Origin: Octopus sinensis
Lineage: Eukaryota
NCBI RefSeq assembly: GCF_006345805.1
Contig: NC_042997.1
Location: 15,810,001 to 15,874,000 of the forward strand
Direction of reading: 5' to 3'
Length of the DNA stretch: 64,000 nucleotides
Positions 1-16,086 of the stretch are shown in pieces. Positions within the stretch are counted from its first letter, which is position 1. Each line of letters opens with the position of its first letter. The notes under the pieces were generated by a model. It worked only from the letters and a program-made list of their open reading frames with translations, ran no database searches and was not told the origin of the DNA. A program made the translations under genes and the position numbers.

Positions 1-247
1 GTATATATATATATGCGTTTGTGTGTGGTTTGTGTGTGTGTTGTCCCCCTAGCATTGCTTGACAACCGATGCTGGTGTATTTATGTCCCCGTTACTTCGG
101 TTCGGCAAAAGAGACTGATAGATAGTAGTACTGGGCTTACAAAAGAATAAGTCCCGGGATCGAGTTGCTCGATTAAAAGGCGGTGCTCCAGCATGGCCGC
201 AGTCAAATGACTGAAACAAGTAAAAGAGAGAAAAAGAGAAAAGAGAG
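1..247 (+). mobile_element. SINE family C, 3' half (internal TA/TG microsatellite plus 3' body and AAAAGAG-type tail)
   Basis: Matches the reverse complement of the 3' halves of copies at 38895, 48555, 54780 and 62688 (cctagcattgcttgacaaccgatgctgg...ggccgcagtcaaatgactgaaacaagtaaaag). Confidence 0.85.
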
Positions 248-487
248 TAGTTTCTACCAATATTTTACATGTCAGTGGTACAGAGCAATGGCAGTTGGCA
301 GCTGGAATTCAGTGAGAGCCACCTCTAGCAGACTCCTATACGACTGAGCAGCTCTAAGTTAGAGATCGGGCAGAATCTCTAATCTATGCAGGTATCAGTT
401 GAGATGACTCGGGCATGTAGTACATATATTTACTCTAATTTTATCCTTGGGACCCAACATCAAGACCCCGGCCAGCTACACAGTGGT

Positions 488-587
488 NNNNNNNNNNNNN
501 NNNNNNNNNNNNNNNNNNNNNNNNNNNNNNNNNNNNNNNNNNNNNNNNNNNNNNNNNNNNNNNNNNNNNNNNNNNNNNNNNNNNNNN
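488..587. other. Assembly gap (100 N)
   Basis: Run of exactly 100 N. Confidence 1.
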
Positions 588-865
588 ATTCCTTGTCTGT
601 CATTACACTGTCTGGGATTCCTTCAGCGAGTCAATCCTTCCTTCTCTATCATCCCCGTTGTCTATCATTCCTTTTGTTTGCCATGTCAGTCCATCAGTCA
701 GTCATTTATGTCGTCATTTCCATATTCGTCTCTTTTGCTGTTATTTCTCTCTCCCTGCTTGCTCTTCCATCCGTTCGTCATTCAATCTATTTGTCATTCC
801 GGCTGTTCGTTATTCTTTCTTCTACTTCATTCCTTTTGACTCGCATTCTTACTGCACTCCTTAAC

Positions 866-949
<84 letters not shown>

Positions 950-978
950 CCTATCTATCTATCTATCTATCTATCTAC

Positions 979-1073
<95 letters not shown>

Positions 1074-1139
1074 CCTATCCCTCTATCTATCTACCTATCT
1101 ATCTACCTATCCCTCTATCTATCTAGCTATCTATCTATC

Positions 1140-1222
<83 letters not shown>
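866..1222 (+). repeat. (TCTA)n tetranucleotide microsatellite
   Basis: Near-perfect TCTA repeat; source of the YLSI ORF artefact. Confidence 0.98.
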
Positions 1223-1223
<1 letters not shown>

Positions 1224-1656
1224 CTTGGTGTTTTCCTTCAGTATCCTTTCAATATATACACTTACTCTCCTTCATTACTGTTCTTTCCTTACTATCTCGT
1301 TCTCTTTTATTCTACCCTATCCCTACTTTCTTCCATCTTTCCTTATCGATCCTTACTCCTATTTTTGTTTGGTTGTTCGTTTCTTTCTTCCTTCCTTTCT
1401 TTCTTTACCTTCTTTAATTCCTCGTTCTTTATTTTTGTACTTACTTCTTTTTTTTTTGTCTTTTCATTCTTTAGTTCCTCCTTCCCTCCCTCCCTCGTTC
1501 GCCATTTCTTGCCAATATTTTTTCTTCTTTTTCTTTCGTTTATAAATAATCTCTTTCCTCTGTCTGTTCGTCTTTCTGCTTTCTCTCTCTCTCTCTCTAT
1601 CTGACAATATCTCTTCCTTTCGTATACTGTGTGTATATATTTATATATATATATAT

Positions 1657-1706
<50 letters not shown>

Positions 1707-2499
1707 GTATGTATGCATATCTGTGTGTACATGTGTGTGTGTGGTGTGTGTGTGTGTGAATTTCACTATGTATTTTTATTTACTGGATTTTCTTATTTGC
1801 TCTTATTTGTGACCCATCATTCTGTCTCTCCCTCCCCCTCTCTCTCTCTCTCTCTCTCTCTCTCCCTTTCTACTGTGTCAGACGTGTGTGTGTGTGTATA
1901 TATGTGTATGCGAATGTAAGAACACACACACACATACATACACACATCAATATCTGTATACATATGTGGATGTGTATCTGTCAATGAGTGTCTATTACAC
2001 TCATATATGTATATGAGTATGTGAATGAGCGAGGATGCGTGTGAGAGAACGGCTGTCAGTTGTGTGCATGTATGCGTGTTTGTGCGTATGTGTATGTATG
2101 TATGTATGTATGTATGTTTCTGCGTATGTGTCCGTGTGTGCGTGCGCGTATGTGTGTCTGTGTGTATACGTGTGTGTTTGTGTCTGTGTGTTTCTAGTAC
2201 GTGTGTACGTATGTTCCTGTTTTTCTTAAGTTTCTCTTCCTCCACCCACTTTTGGCTGCTACTGCTGCTGCTTTTGCTACTCCAGTGAGGTCTTTACTCT
2301 TACTGCTACCACTGTTGCGACTACTACGACTACTACAGCTGCTGCTGCTGCTGCTTTCATCTCCACCGTCGCCAGCTGCTGCTGCTGCTGCTGCTGCTGT
2401 TGTTCCCGGTATGATTGCGGCTGTTGCTACTACTACCACCGCCCCCACGTTATTCCTGTTGGTTTTTCCCACTGTTTCATATTTCAGTCAACGCACTGC

Positions 2500-2543
2500 T
2501 GTGTGTGTATGCGTGTGCGGTATACATATATGCGGTATATAAT

Positions 2544-2621
<78 letters not shown>

Positions 2622-3508
2622 CGTATATATAACCATACATATATATACACACACATATATATATATACAAATATATACATACATATATATATACAAATAT
2701 ATACATACATATATATATACACAAATATACATATATTTATATATACACGCAAATATACATATATATATATATACTCACACACATATATATAGTATATATG
2801 TATATGCATATATACATGTATTTATAGTACATACATATAAAAAATACATTTGCACATATATACACACACACATCTGTAAACGTGTGCATCTACACACACA
2901 CATCATTTCTACATTGTATATGCTTACACGCAAGCACATTCACATATATATATACGCATACATACGTATATGGGTATGGGGGGGTTCTTGTATATGTGTT
3001 TGAAACAGCATAAAAACACAGACATATATAGATATATATTTTTTATATACATTTTTTGTCGTCTTTTTTTTTGCATGTATGTGTACATTAATTGCATACA
3101 CACCCACAAATACACCCGTCGACCTACATACACACAAAGCACACCCGGTTAATACATACATGCATAGATACACACACACACACACACACACATGTGTACA
3201 TATATAAGTATATGCATTGATACATACATACATACATACACGTAGACGTTCATAGAAACGTACATTCGTACGTATTCATATTCATACATACATACATACA
3301 TACATATATATATATATATACCAACATTCATTCATTCATACACACACGCGCACACACACAAACTCATATTTATACGTAGACACATATACACTCACACACA
3401 TGTATATATATCAACACATAAGTACACTGTATGCGTGTGTTGATTACATACACACACAAAGAAGTACATGCGCACATGAACATGTATACACGTAAACTAC
3501 ATGCGTAT

Positions 3509-3557
<49 letters not shown>

Positions 3558-3720
3558 TACATACATGCATTCAGACTTAACATATGTACGCAAAACAAGT
3601 ACAAGTACATGCATATAGAATCACAAGTACATACACACAGATAGACATAGATATACATACATACATACACACATACATACATACGTACATACATACATAC
3701 ATACATACAGACATAAACAC
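2500..3720. repeat. Compound (TA)n/(CA)n/(TACA)n microsatellite field
   Basis: Visible di- and tetranucleotide repeats. Confidence 0.9.
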
Positions 3721-3875
3721 ACCCGTAGCCGCATACACAGATACAGGCTTATCTTAATAAGCCATGAATGTGTAAATATAGCAGTGTTGAAAGAGTAATA
3801 AGAAACGCCTATTTCAATGTAATTCCAATAACTACTACTACTACTACAGAGTATCGTTGTTGTGGCGGTGGTAGT

Positions 3876-3907
<32 letters not shown>

Positions 3908-4259
3908 TCGGCACTGCCACCAACAGTACCATTTTCAGCAGCAGTAGCAATAACATTACCACTGTGCCACACAGTAGTAAAGGTATGAGCACTACTACCC
4001 CCACCGCCACTACCATCGCCACTACCTTCACCACCACCACCACCACCACCTCTAACACCTCCCGGTTTTTTCCAAATACCCCCAGCCTCTCTTTCCCTCC
4101 CTCCGCCTTACTTCTTTCATAATGAATACATTCTTGTTATTGTGATAAGAATTGCAGGACAAGAAGATAAAACTGCCTGTTTTAGAGCAGTGAGAGGCCA
4201 CGACATGGTTTCCATTCCCAGGCGATGCCATTAATTTTCCTTAATTACATAGTTATTAC

Positions 4260-4420
4260 CCTTGGTGTTGTTGTTGTTCAGTCCCAGGTCGACCCTGATC
4301 AATGGCGTACTGGTCATGGCCATCTCGACATTTTGGTTATATGTGTAAGACTACCGTAACCCACTGAAGGAGATTCGACTGCTATTTCTACTGACTGGTT
4401 GACCACGAAGGGGCCGCCAC
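4260..4420 (-). mobile_element. Old (CAA)n-tailed repeat family H; diverged copies also near 17830-18000, 19430-19630, 42340-42580, 43300-43600, 45040-45240 and 59930-60120
   Basis: Shared degenerate motifs tagaaatagcagccaaatctccctcaaatcac...ggatggtcatggctggaatgc..ttgatc...caacaacaac. Confidence 0.55.
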
Positions 4421-4494
4421 TTAATCTCATTGCTTTCGTGTTAATTAAAAAAAAACTACAATTGTTGTTGTTATAACTGGGGGTGGGTGCACAA

Positions 4495-4706
4495 GCGGCA
4501 AGTTGGCGGAATCGTTAGAACGTCGGAAAAATGCCCTAATGCATTTGTTCCCTTTGCGCTGAGTTCAAATCCCGCTGAAGTCAACATTGCCTTTCTTTCC
4601 TCCGAGGTCGATAAATTAAAGTACCAGCTGAACACTAGGTCGATGTAATCGACTTCTCCCCTCCACTCAAAACTGTTGGCCATTTGCTTAAAATAGAAAT
4701 CATTAT
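4495..4706 (+). mobile_element. tRNA-headed SINE family A, diverged copy
   Basis: B-box-like gagttcaaatccc and body gcctttc..cc.tccgaggtcgataaattaaagtaccag shared with many copies in the window. Confidence 0.75.
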
Positions 4707-5143
4707 AACTGAAGGGTTTTGTTTTTAAAAAATAAAGTCAAATGACCTGCATTTGTTGTTATTGAAGTTTAACCCTAGGTCGGCTCTGATTGAGTAAGGT
4801 ATTCCAACCGTGACTATCCCGTCGGCTTGTGTACTAGGGACTGCAATGCTTAACGTATCCTTCCTATTTTAGAACTGCGCGGGAATTTGATGGAATTTGG
4901 CTCCTATTTCTAGCAGTGTAAACGTCCGCATCGAGGCTTCCTCGTTGAATTGTGTTTGTGTATATGTCAGTGTTTCTACGTGTAAAGTATGCGTGTGTGT
5001 GTTTTTGTTTGCGTGCGAGTGAGTATGTCTGTGTGCGTGTGTGCTTTATTATAGATATTATATACATATATATTCAAGTGAGTGTGACTAGATGCTTGAC
5101 TGAATGAATATCTCTGCTACCATGACAACTCTATCATGCGTCG

Positions 5144-5400
5144 CCTTTATTTGGCTGATTGGCCGGTACTATAAATAGAATGGGGAACTGAAGCCTCGTC
5201 TCATGTGATAGCTATGAGAGCTTCACCCATTGGATGGTTGCTGGTGACGTTTGACATTCCACAAAGTCGTTTCCGCTATTTGATTGGTTGGTTCATGTGC
5301 CGTTGACGTCATCTTAAACACACGATCATAACTAACAACGAGCATTAAGGCTTAAACAAGCTCGCGGTAAACTTGACAGACGGTTCTCATCGGTAAACAA
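5144..5400 (+). promoter_or_regulatory. Putative immediate-early promoter cluster: CRE, half-CRE, MEF2/TATA-like, 3x CCAAT, FoxO, CArG-like
   Basis: TGACGTCA 5304-5311; TGACGT 5245-5250; CTATAAATAG 5169-5178 (perfect YTAWWWWTAR); ATTGG at 5158, 5229 and 5283; GTAAACAA 5393-5400; CTTTATTTGG 5145-5154 (CArG with one mismatch). All lie about 420-670 bp upstream of the ATG. Confidence 0.7.
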
Positions 5401-5607
5401 CCAGATGAGACTAAACTGATTCTACTGAATTACTTTTACTACTACACATGTAAATTGTATTGACTGTATACTTGAAACATATTACTGTCATCTCTAGAGG
5501 ATATATGTATACATATGAATATTTAAATGCATCACTACACATATTCTCCTGTCTGTCTGAATGAATGTACATATAATATATACAACAAACTTTCATGCTC
5601 TTTGGTG

Positions 5608-5620
5608 TATATTTATAAAG
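5608..5620 (+). promoter_or_regulatory. Alternative TATA box candidate
   Basis: TATAAAG at 5614-5620, about 200 bp upstream of the ATG; AT-rich background makes this weak. Confidence 0.3.
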
Positions 5621-5781
5621 AAAACAGTGCGACGGGATAATATTTACCTATCTCAACTGAACCGTGGACACACATCGGATATTATAACAACTCTATCATT
5701 TGATACTGAGTGACACAGATAAGTCTTATATCTTGTTATTTATACACTTTTACACAACCAACTTATTTTACAACTCTGTAA

Positions 5782-8130
<2,349 letters not shown>

Positions 8131-10620
8131 TTTCTTCTGTTGAAGTAGTGGTAAATATGAAATTTTGGAATGAAAAAAAAAAAGACTGATCATGATAATA
8201 TATATATATATGTGTTAAACGAGTGAGAGCGAAATGAGTGAGTGTTATATTTTGTTCTCTTTTCTTTTTTTTTTTTTTCACCCCCCACTCCTTAACAAAA
8301 AAGATGAACGACTCAATATTATATTTTTTTAGTGAAAACAAAAAAAAAAAATTATAAAAAAAAGGAAAGAAAAATACGATCATTAGACAAGTCTTTAGTA
8401 CGAAAAAATATATTAATTATAATAATTATAATAATAATTACAACAATAACAAAAGTTATCCAAAGCAGCGTTAACAGACAGAGAGAGAGAAAGTGATTTT
8501 TTTTTTTAATATTCTTTAAAAAAATCTATTGTAATGGTTATCAGCCATTCTAATTATAAGTTGGTTCAAAGTGTGCGTGTGTGTGTCAGGATCTGGATTT
8601 ACTCATATATATACCATATATATATATATATGTATATATATGTGTATATACAAAATGTTTTTTTTTGTACTCTTTTTCTTACGTCACAAAACCTGTCAGC
8701 TACACAACTCACTAAAGCCTGCCAGGTGAGTAATTTTCCACAAGAGAGAGGACATTCAACTCAGTGATATATTATAAAATTTATAAAAGAAAAGAAAAGA
8801 AAAAAAATAACGAGGAAAAGAAAATTCACATGGCAGGCTCTCCCCACCCCCCTGTTTTTTTTTTTTTTTTTTGGTTCCTTCTCTCTGTCTGTTGCTGTCT
8901 TACACACACAAACACACACACATACATACACATGCACCACCCATAGGACAACAATAAACAGTCAGACCCCCCGTTGCCCCTCTCTCTTTCCTTCCTTATA
9001 TTTAAAAAAAAGGAAGTCCAAGAAGAGATTGTTGTAACTTATTACAGCGGAAAAACATTAAAAAAAATGAAAGAAAATGCCACTAAATTATACCAAACAG
9101 ATAAGCAAATTTTAAAGAAAAGGAAAAAAAATGAAGCAGACAGTTACGTAAATACATTTTTATCAGTTAATCTTTGTTCTTTTTTTTTTTGTTTTCTATC
9201 AACACATTATATGAATGTATTATATATATATATATATATATATACATACATAGCAAGTATATATATTTCTTCCTTAGTTTCCTAGAAATTTCCTTGTTCA
9301 GATTTTCCTCTCTCAATCTTCTCGTATTTTTTTTTGTTCCCCTTCTTTCCTCTCTTCTTTTCTCAACACTTTACGGCCTTTTGTTTCTCATCACTATTTT
9401 ATTTTTTTTTTGTAGCTTTCTACTTATTAACCCTCTTCAGGTTTAAAAACCGTAATTATAACATATAACGAAATGATATATTTAATTTTTCTGACATATT
9501 TTAGGAAGTAAATTAGACCAAAAAAAAAATAATTAAATAAAGGAAAAAGAAACCAGTATTGTTTCAGTTAGAAAGAATCTAAGAAAATTTTTAAACGCTA
9601 AAAGTCCAAGAAATTAATGATTAACAAACAAAAATTCCTGAAAATCAAATCAGTTTATTTTTGAGAAAAAAAAAAGAATGTTTACGTTCAAATTCTTTGT
9701 CCCGCTAAAACATTACTTATTGAGCTGCAGTTTTTCAAAGTTTTTCTATTTATTCTATATCACTCCAAACTCCTTGTTAAAGTTTTTAGTTTGAAATTGG
9801 GTGGGGGCGGGAATATGCGAATTATTATTAAACAACAAATGGTTCATTCCGTATTTGGGGGGTGCAGAGGGGTTCACATTTTTTAATATCTTTTTTTTTT
9901 CCTTGTATCTAACACTACATATCTGTTAGTACACACTTTTGACCAATCCTTTGTTCACAAGGGGGTGATATTTATTACACACAGATGACAACAATGCTTC
10001 CGTGTTCTTTACTTTTGTGGGTGTGAGGGACGGGTTAATATGTTAGCCTGGGTTTAAAACAAATTTTTTTAATTGAATTTCATTGTTCACTGCGCCCATT
10101 CAAAAAAAAAAATAATAATAATAATCCTTTGTTTTTACTAAAATTCCTGTTATCAACACGGAAGCCATGTTACAAACTCGCATTGAATACGCGCACATGT
10201 GTGAAAACTTGTGCGTGTGTGTTTGTGTCTGTGTGTGCGTGGCGTATCTGTCTGTACTTGTAACCGGCTGTGACGAACGAATCGACAAAGATTTTCGAGT
10301 TAGCTTAGCTAAGCGGCAAGGGAGTGGTAGGAAACTACTCTGTTCTTGTCAGTCCATCTTATATAGTAGCATGATGTGTGTGTGTGTATATATATATATG
10401 TATATATATATGTATATACACACACATACATATACACTTGTGGAACGATAAATCCAATCACTTTTTTCTTTCTTCACTTCTTTCTCATATATATATACAT
10501 ATATAAAATTTCACATCAACTTACACTGGGTGCAAGGCGATGAGTTTTCCTTCTTTTCCTACTTAAGTTTACTTTCTTTATAATAAATAATAACTATTAT
10601 TGTTTTTTTGTTTCTCTTAC
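8131..10620 (+). other. Probable long AU-rich 3'UTR of the IER-like gene with alternative poly(A) signals
   Basis: AATAAA at 8953, 9536 and 10582; the last is followed by a U/GU-rich tract (10598-10618). U-rich and ATTTA-containing sequence with no SINE insertions. The true end needs RNA data. Confidence 0.45.
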
Positions 10621-10899
10621 TCAGTAGGTAAGAGTAGCTGCTTCTACCTGATTTCTTTGTTGTTGATTGTTATTTCTCCCTCCATGGTCCCCCCCACTTC
10701 TTTTCCTCACTGTTTCTTAGCTTTACTTTGCATTAACATCTATTATATACATCTACATCCTCCTTGCTTACACTTATGCTTCTATCCATTGACGTCCTCA
10801 ACCAGTTTTTCTATTTCCTATTTGGAGTCACTTCCTACTTTTTATTTTAAAAACGCACGTCATTTTCTACTTGGTTACTCATCTAAGAAATAACGATAA

Positions 10900-12200
10900 T
10901 TAATCCTATTTAATGAATTATATGTCTGTCATTCACTGTTGTTCTTTTCTGGGCTAAATTAATCTAGGCAGGATCGATCAGCTGTAACTGAAAATTTTAT
11001 CAGCTAATCAAGGGGTACCTTATCATTTGATAACTTCTCTCTATATCTTGTGTCTGAATAATTAATAATGGTTCATATCTTCCAGCTCTGGCAGAAGTTG
11101 GTAGATTCATTAATTACTTGGAAGATTTTCTTCTGGGTTACCTGTTGCTTCACTATTTTCACAAACTTTCCACTGGACATGATATTTCTCAAGCCAATAA
11201 TGGTTATCCTTCATCCGTTTACCTTTCCATAAACATAGGCAGCGAGTAACACTCCCTAGCTATCTTACCTGTCTGATGCCAAAATTCTGTGAGAGATTTA
11301 AGTACAATTATTATTATTACTATTTTGATGTTTGTTTCAAATATTTCTTTTTGGGGAGTTAGGATTTAATAAACTGGGCTCCAAGAATTCCCATCTCCAT
11401 ACAACCATGTTCTTCGTGTAGATAGCATGTGCCTGTATAATTTGTAACTGTAGCTGAGATGTGTGTTGCGAATAGGTTTATAGTTTAATGAAATTTTATT
11501 TATTTATAAAGAGAAATTCCAGTGGTACTGTTGCTGGAACTTTCTCAAATTACACATTACGTTTGTATTATGTCAGGTAGCTGTGTTTTAAGTTTTCATG
11601 TTACAAGATTACTGATTCGGGATCCAAATTTACTTTGATTTCTTGGCAATAATTATAACATTTCCTAATTGAAAAGAATTGTTAATAATTTCCACATTTT
11701 CTGTTTGAATGTTTTATCAGTTTCTAAGAAAAATAGGCTATTATTATAGAATCCTTGACTTGGTGTGGTTATGTTACGTTACTGCACTCATTAACTTAAT
11801 GTTCTTAAGTGGAAGGATAAAATTAGAATGCTTTTCGGCATTCTATTTTGCTTTTTGAGTAGAAGAATGTTATAGCAATTACTGTATACATGTTATATGA
11901 TGTGGGTATAAGTTCTAAGTAATTCTCTCCCTTTGAATATTATTATTTAAATTTTTCTTGAAGTATAATTTCAGTCGACAACAGGAAGCACGTATCCATA
12001 TTCTTATGTTGTGATTAAACATTTGTCTAATATCCTGAAATACATTTAGTTGTAAAGACTTTGGTGGGAAAATTAGTAAATTAAGAACCTAATGAAAGTT
12101 TCCCCGGTAGTAGTTAATTCTGAATCATAGCAACAGATTAATTATAAGTCTGAATTTAGATGTGTTCCTGTGTAGCAGGATTTATTTTCTCTGTTATATT
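10900..12200 (-). mobile_element. Possible highly decayed Penelope-like RT remnant
   Basis: Minus-strand fragments LVT*KLKTQLPDII, LEFLFIN and YLHEEHGCMEMGILGAQF lie in the order expected for Penelope RT motifs; similarity is faint and judged by eye. Confidence 0.2.
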
Positions 12201-14696
12201 AATTGATCTACATAATATATAGACACACGAGATATAGATTCGGTTGACTTGGGTCTTCGAATCTTTCTCTGAACTTAAGTACTTCCAGTTGTATGGCTGG
12301 TGTCTTCTGGCTATTTAAAAATTCAATCTTACTTGTTGAAACTGATTTAACGGCCCATCTTCACGGATCATTAATTGACAGTGAAGATTTCTGTAGTAAT
12401 AGTATTATCTTGGTTTTATTATATCATAATATACATTATAGTTGTCTCTGGTGTCTGAGACGGAAATCATTATCTGTGCATGATATATTTAACATGTCAG
12501 ACAGTTATTATCTATTTGTAGCTGTGAACATTTAACTGATTATTTTTGATATTATCATCAAAATCTTATAATTTTTGCTCTACATGGAAAATGTCCCCTC
12601 TTATCGATTCTTCGAATTACTGATTACGAAAGTGGAAAGGTGGAAGTTTAATCCTTATTGTGCTAACTCCGAATATATGTTAATATCTTGTTACCTGTAA
12701 ACGAATGAGGCATCTTTTACAGTGAACGTTTGCTTTCCTTACTTAAGTGTAACTGAAGTGGTCACTTAAAAAGTATTGTAGTTAATGTGTTTATTGTTCA
12801 CGTGTATGACGACCATTCCTTACATACAATTGTTTTCATAATTCTAATTTTAGCTCAGAGCCCCCCTTTTTTCCTCTTCCGTTTCTCTTAATGCTCGTTC
12901 CCGCTTTTTTCTACGTAATTCTGCTCAATTTAGAAACAAATTTTTATAGACTGTACATTTACTCAAAGAAACAATTTTAAACACTTCTCTGAGAATTCAG
13001 ATAAGTTCTATGAAAAATTAATTCTCGTTTTTGAAAACACGGGGAAAAGGCATTGCACCTCCCTCGGCTGTGACATATATTCTATTTGTTGAGACCTGAG
13101 CTCAACTAACTGAGTGATAGGGCCGAAGACCCACTTATAGTAAGTTCAACAGTGGACCTGTCCAAACAGGCCTTCCACTAACTCAGACGAATTAGCTACC
13201 GTTTGGCTAATTCTACCCCCTACATTGACATGTGATATAATGTCATCAGATGCTTGTCAGAATAAATTGGTTCAAAACTGTTTTCCAGCATTTTGATGCC
13301 CGCCTATGGCGTAGAAAAATACGGCGCTAAATTCACACACATTATACGTCAACTTAAGGCGAGGCATCAAGCACAACATGCCCATCACCATCGAATTCAG
13401 GGATCTGGTCATCGTCCATTTACTTGATTATTCTAGCCTTGCTTTCCCGATTTTTTTTTTCCAAACAATTTGTCCCATTACATTATTATGTACATTAGAA
13501 CTTTCACTGTCGCTACGAGTTTTGTGATACTTGTCAGACAGTTCCAGTTCATAATCCGTGGAGTAAACTACCACCGTTGATCTTGCCACAGTGGGTATGC
13601 ATTTCATAATATGTTCTTGTTGACATACTGTGAATCCCAGAGAAACCTTCTCGAGTGTCATCGTCATGCCCTAACTTTCTCCTATGACTGAAGAGTTCTT
13701 ACAAACTCCATAGCAAAAATTGCCGCAACTGTATGGACCGGCAACGCTGTTATTTTCTCAAATACCTTGGCAATACTGGCGGACTTTTTACTTCAAATAG
13801 ATCACGAAAGCACCCACCACCTGTTGAAGCGTCAAAGGCACAAATCAGACTTCATTATTGTACAATTCTATCGATGGTTCTTTACATATAACACATAAAA
13901 AAAAAAATCTGTTAGCTCATTTCTATCCAATTCCGTGAACATAAACTATATTTTTTCTTATTCAACATGTGAGTGGGGGCGAGTTTCCCCACCTCAACGA
14001 ACAAAAACACATTGTAAGGTGAACCTAGCAACGTAGACAAAGGCTAAAAGAACGTAAATAGCAAATATTTATATACTTATGAATTATATATCACAGAAAT
14101 TTATATATGTATGTATGTATGTATATATATATATATATCGTATCAGTTATATAACATCACAAGTTATTACCTAGCAAAAACTTAATAAGCACTTTTAATT
14201 TGCCTCACCTTATTTGGGTCTGAACGAACTGCCCCCTGTGATTTACTGATAAAGCTTTATAGTCACCTGATGTGGATGTTTTAAACACACAACAACAAAA
14301 TAGTCATTCCCTCCATAAAAAATCCCTTCATTCTTTTATATATCTGAAAATGGACACCCTAAAAATCAAACGCTAGATTTATCTCTACGAACTGGAATGT
14401 TGGTTTATTGTTATGGTGACGTGCATTTTCTGGTTTGTTTTTGGCTTCTCCCCTCTTTGTTTTAAGCTTCTTTGTGTGTAATCTCACTTGCCTTTTTAGT
14501 TAGGGCATTCTCTGTTACTCTCCTCTCCTCTCCTCTCCTTTCACGACTAACACATCCTCGCCGCTGCCACCACCGTTACTCCATGTCTTCTCCCACTTCC
14601 ACCACCGTCACCTTGCTGAAAGGCTCTTCTGTATTACTCATCAAGTAGGGTGTACTCTAAAGTAGTAGTGGCAGTAGACGTTTGGGCGTTGTGTGC

Positions 14697-14731
<35 letters not shown>

Positions 14732-14781
14732 CGTGCGTGTGCTAGAGGAAGCGATAGAGGTGGGGAGTGACTCGTCGTCGT

Positions 14782-14828
<47 letters not shown>

Positions 14829-16055
14829 GCGAGAGAGAGAGAGACCGTATTTGTTTGTATGACGCTTACCGACGTGGTGGTTAAAAGTAAGGGTTGGTTT
14901 AGAGTTGGAAGGGTTTATAACTTTGGCTGAAAGAAAACCTGGAAAAAAGATGGATGTGGTGGGGTGTGGGGGTGGATGTTTGAACGAGTGACGTTCATAG
15001 AGGGATTGTTGTTGTTGTTGTGTTCGGGTTGTATGGTGTGGGGGTGCTTAGCCGACTAACTCAACCCAAAGGCAATCTTTCCCAAACAACAACAATAACA
15101 CATATATACACACAACAGTTCAATGTAACTCACTGACTCGCACATCTCTCTATCTATCTATCTCTCTCTATTTCTCTCCCTCTCTCCTCTCTCATTTCAC
15201 CTTTTCTTTCTTTCTTTCTTTCTTTCTCTCTCTCCGCCACTGCTGCTTCGTCACAATAACTATTTAGAACTCGTTTACCTCCTTTCCTCTGTCTCTTCTT
15301 ACTCCTTCCTCTCCTTCCACACCAGCTCTCTATTTCTCAACGCTTCTTCTCTCTACTCGATAGCGTATTTATTTATTTATTTATTTAATTCTTCTTCTTC
15401 TTATTATTATTATTTTCATTACTTTTTGTTGTTCCTTACCATACATATTTGCCCATGGAAAGTTTGAGAGATAAAGGAAAGAGAAAAAAAAAACAAACAA
15501 ATGTTTAGATCGAAAAAGTCTTTGTCTTCTTTAACAAAGAAGACTTTGTTTTTGTGATTAAAAAAATTCATATAATAAAATATATAAATTGAACACTTAA
15601 GATGGACATGAAAATAAAAATTATGTTTACATACATATATAATAATATATATGTATAAATATATATTATATATAATATATATATATAGTATATTTTAATA
15701 TTATATAATACATATATATAATCGATATATATTATAATTAATGAGTATGATTAATGTGGCAGAGAAAGGTTTAAAAAAAAGTTTTATGACAGTAATGCAC
15801 CCCGACCCCCATATAGTGAAAGAAAAACCCCCCAAACAAAACAAACAAAAATAACAAAATTTTATTGAAAAATTGTCTAATTGACTATTTAATTGAGGAA
15901 CTCTCTTGTAAATGGGAGAAAAAAACACGTCCAGAGGTGGGACTTAACTGCCACCTTCATTGAATATATGTGCGATTGTGTAGAATGTCTGCTATATTTT
16001 GGATGAATGAACAAATTATAAAAGAATATAAACACACACTTATATATATATATAG

Positions 16056-16086
<31 letters not shown>

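Noticed and set aside
386-1126. 246-aa ORF
   Set aside because: It spans an N gap and a (TCTA)n repeat; artefact.
13000-13900. Unique-looking, more GC-balanced segment that could be an exon or transposase remnant
   Set aside because: No sustained ORF or recognisable motif.
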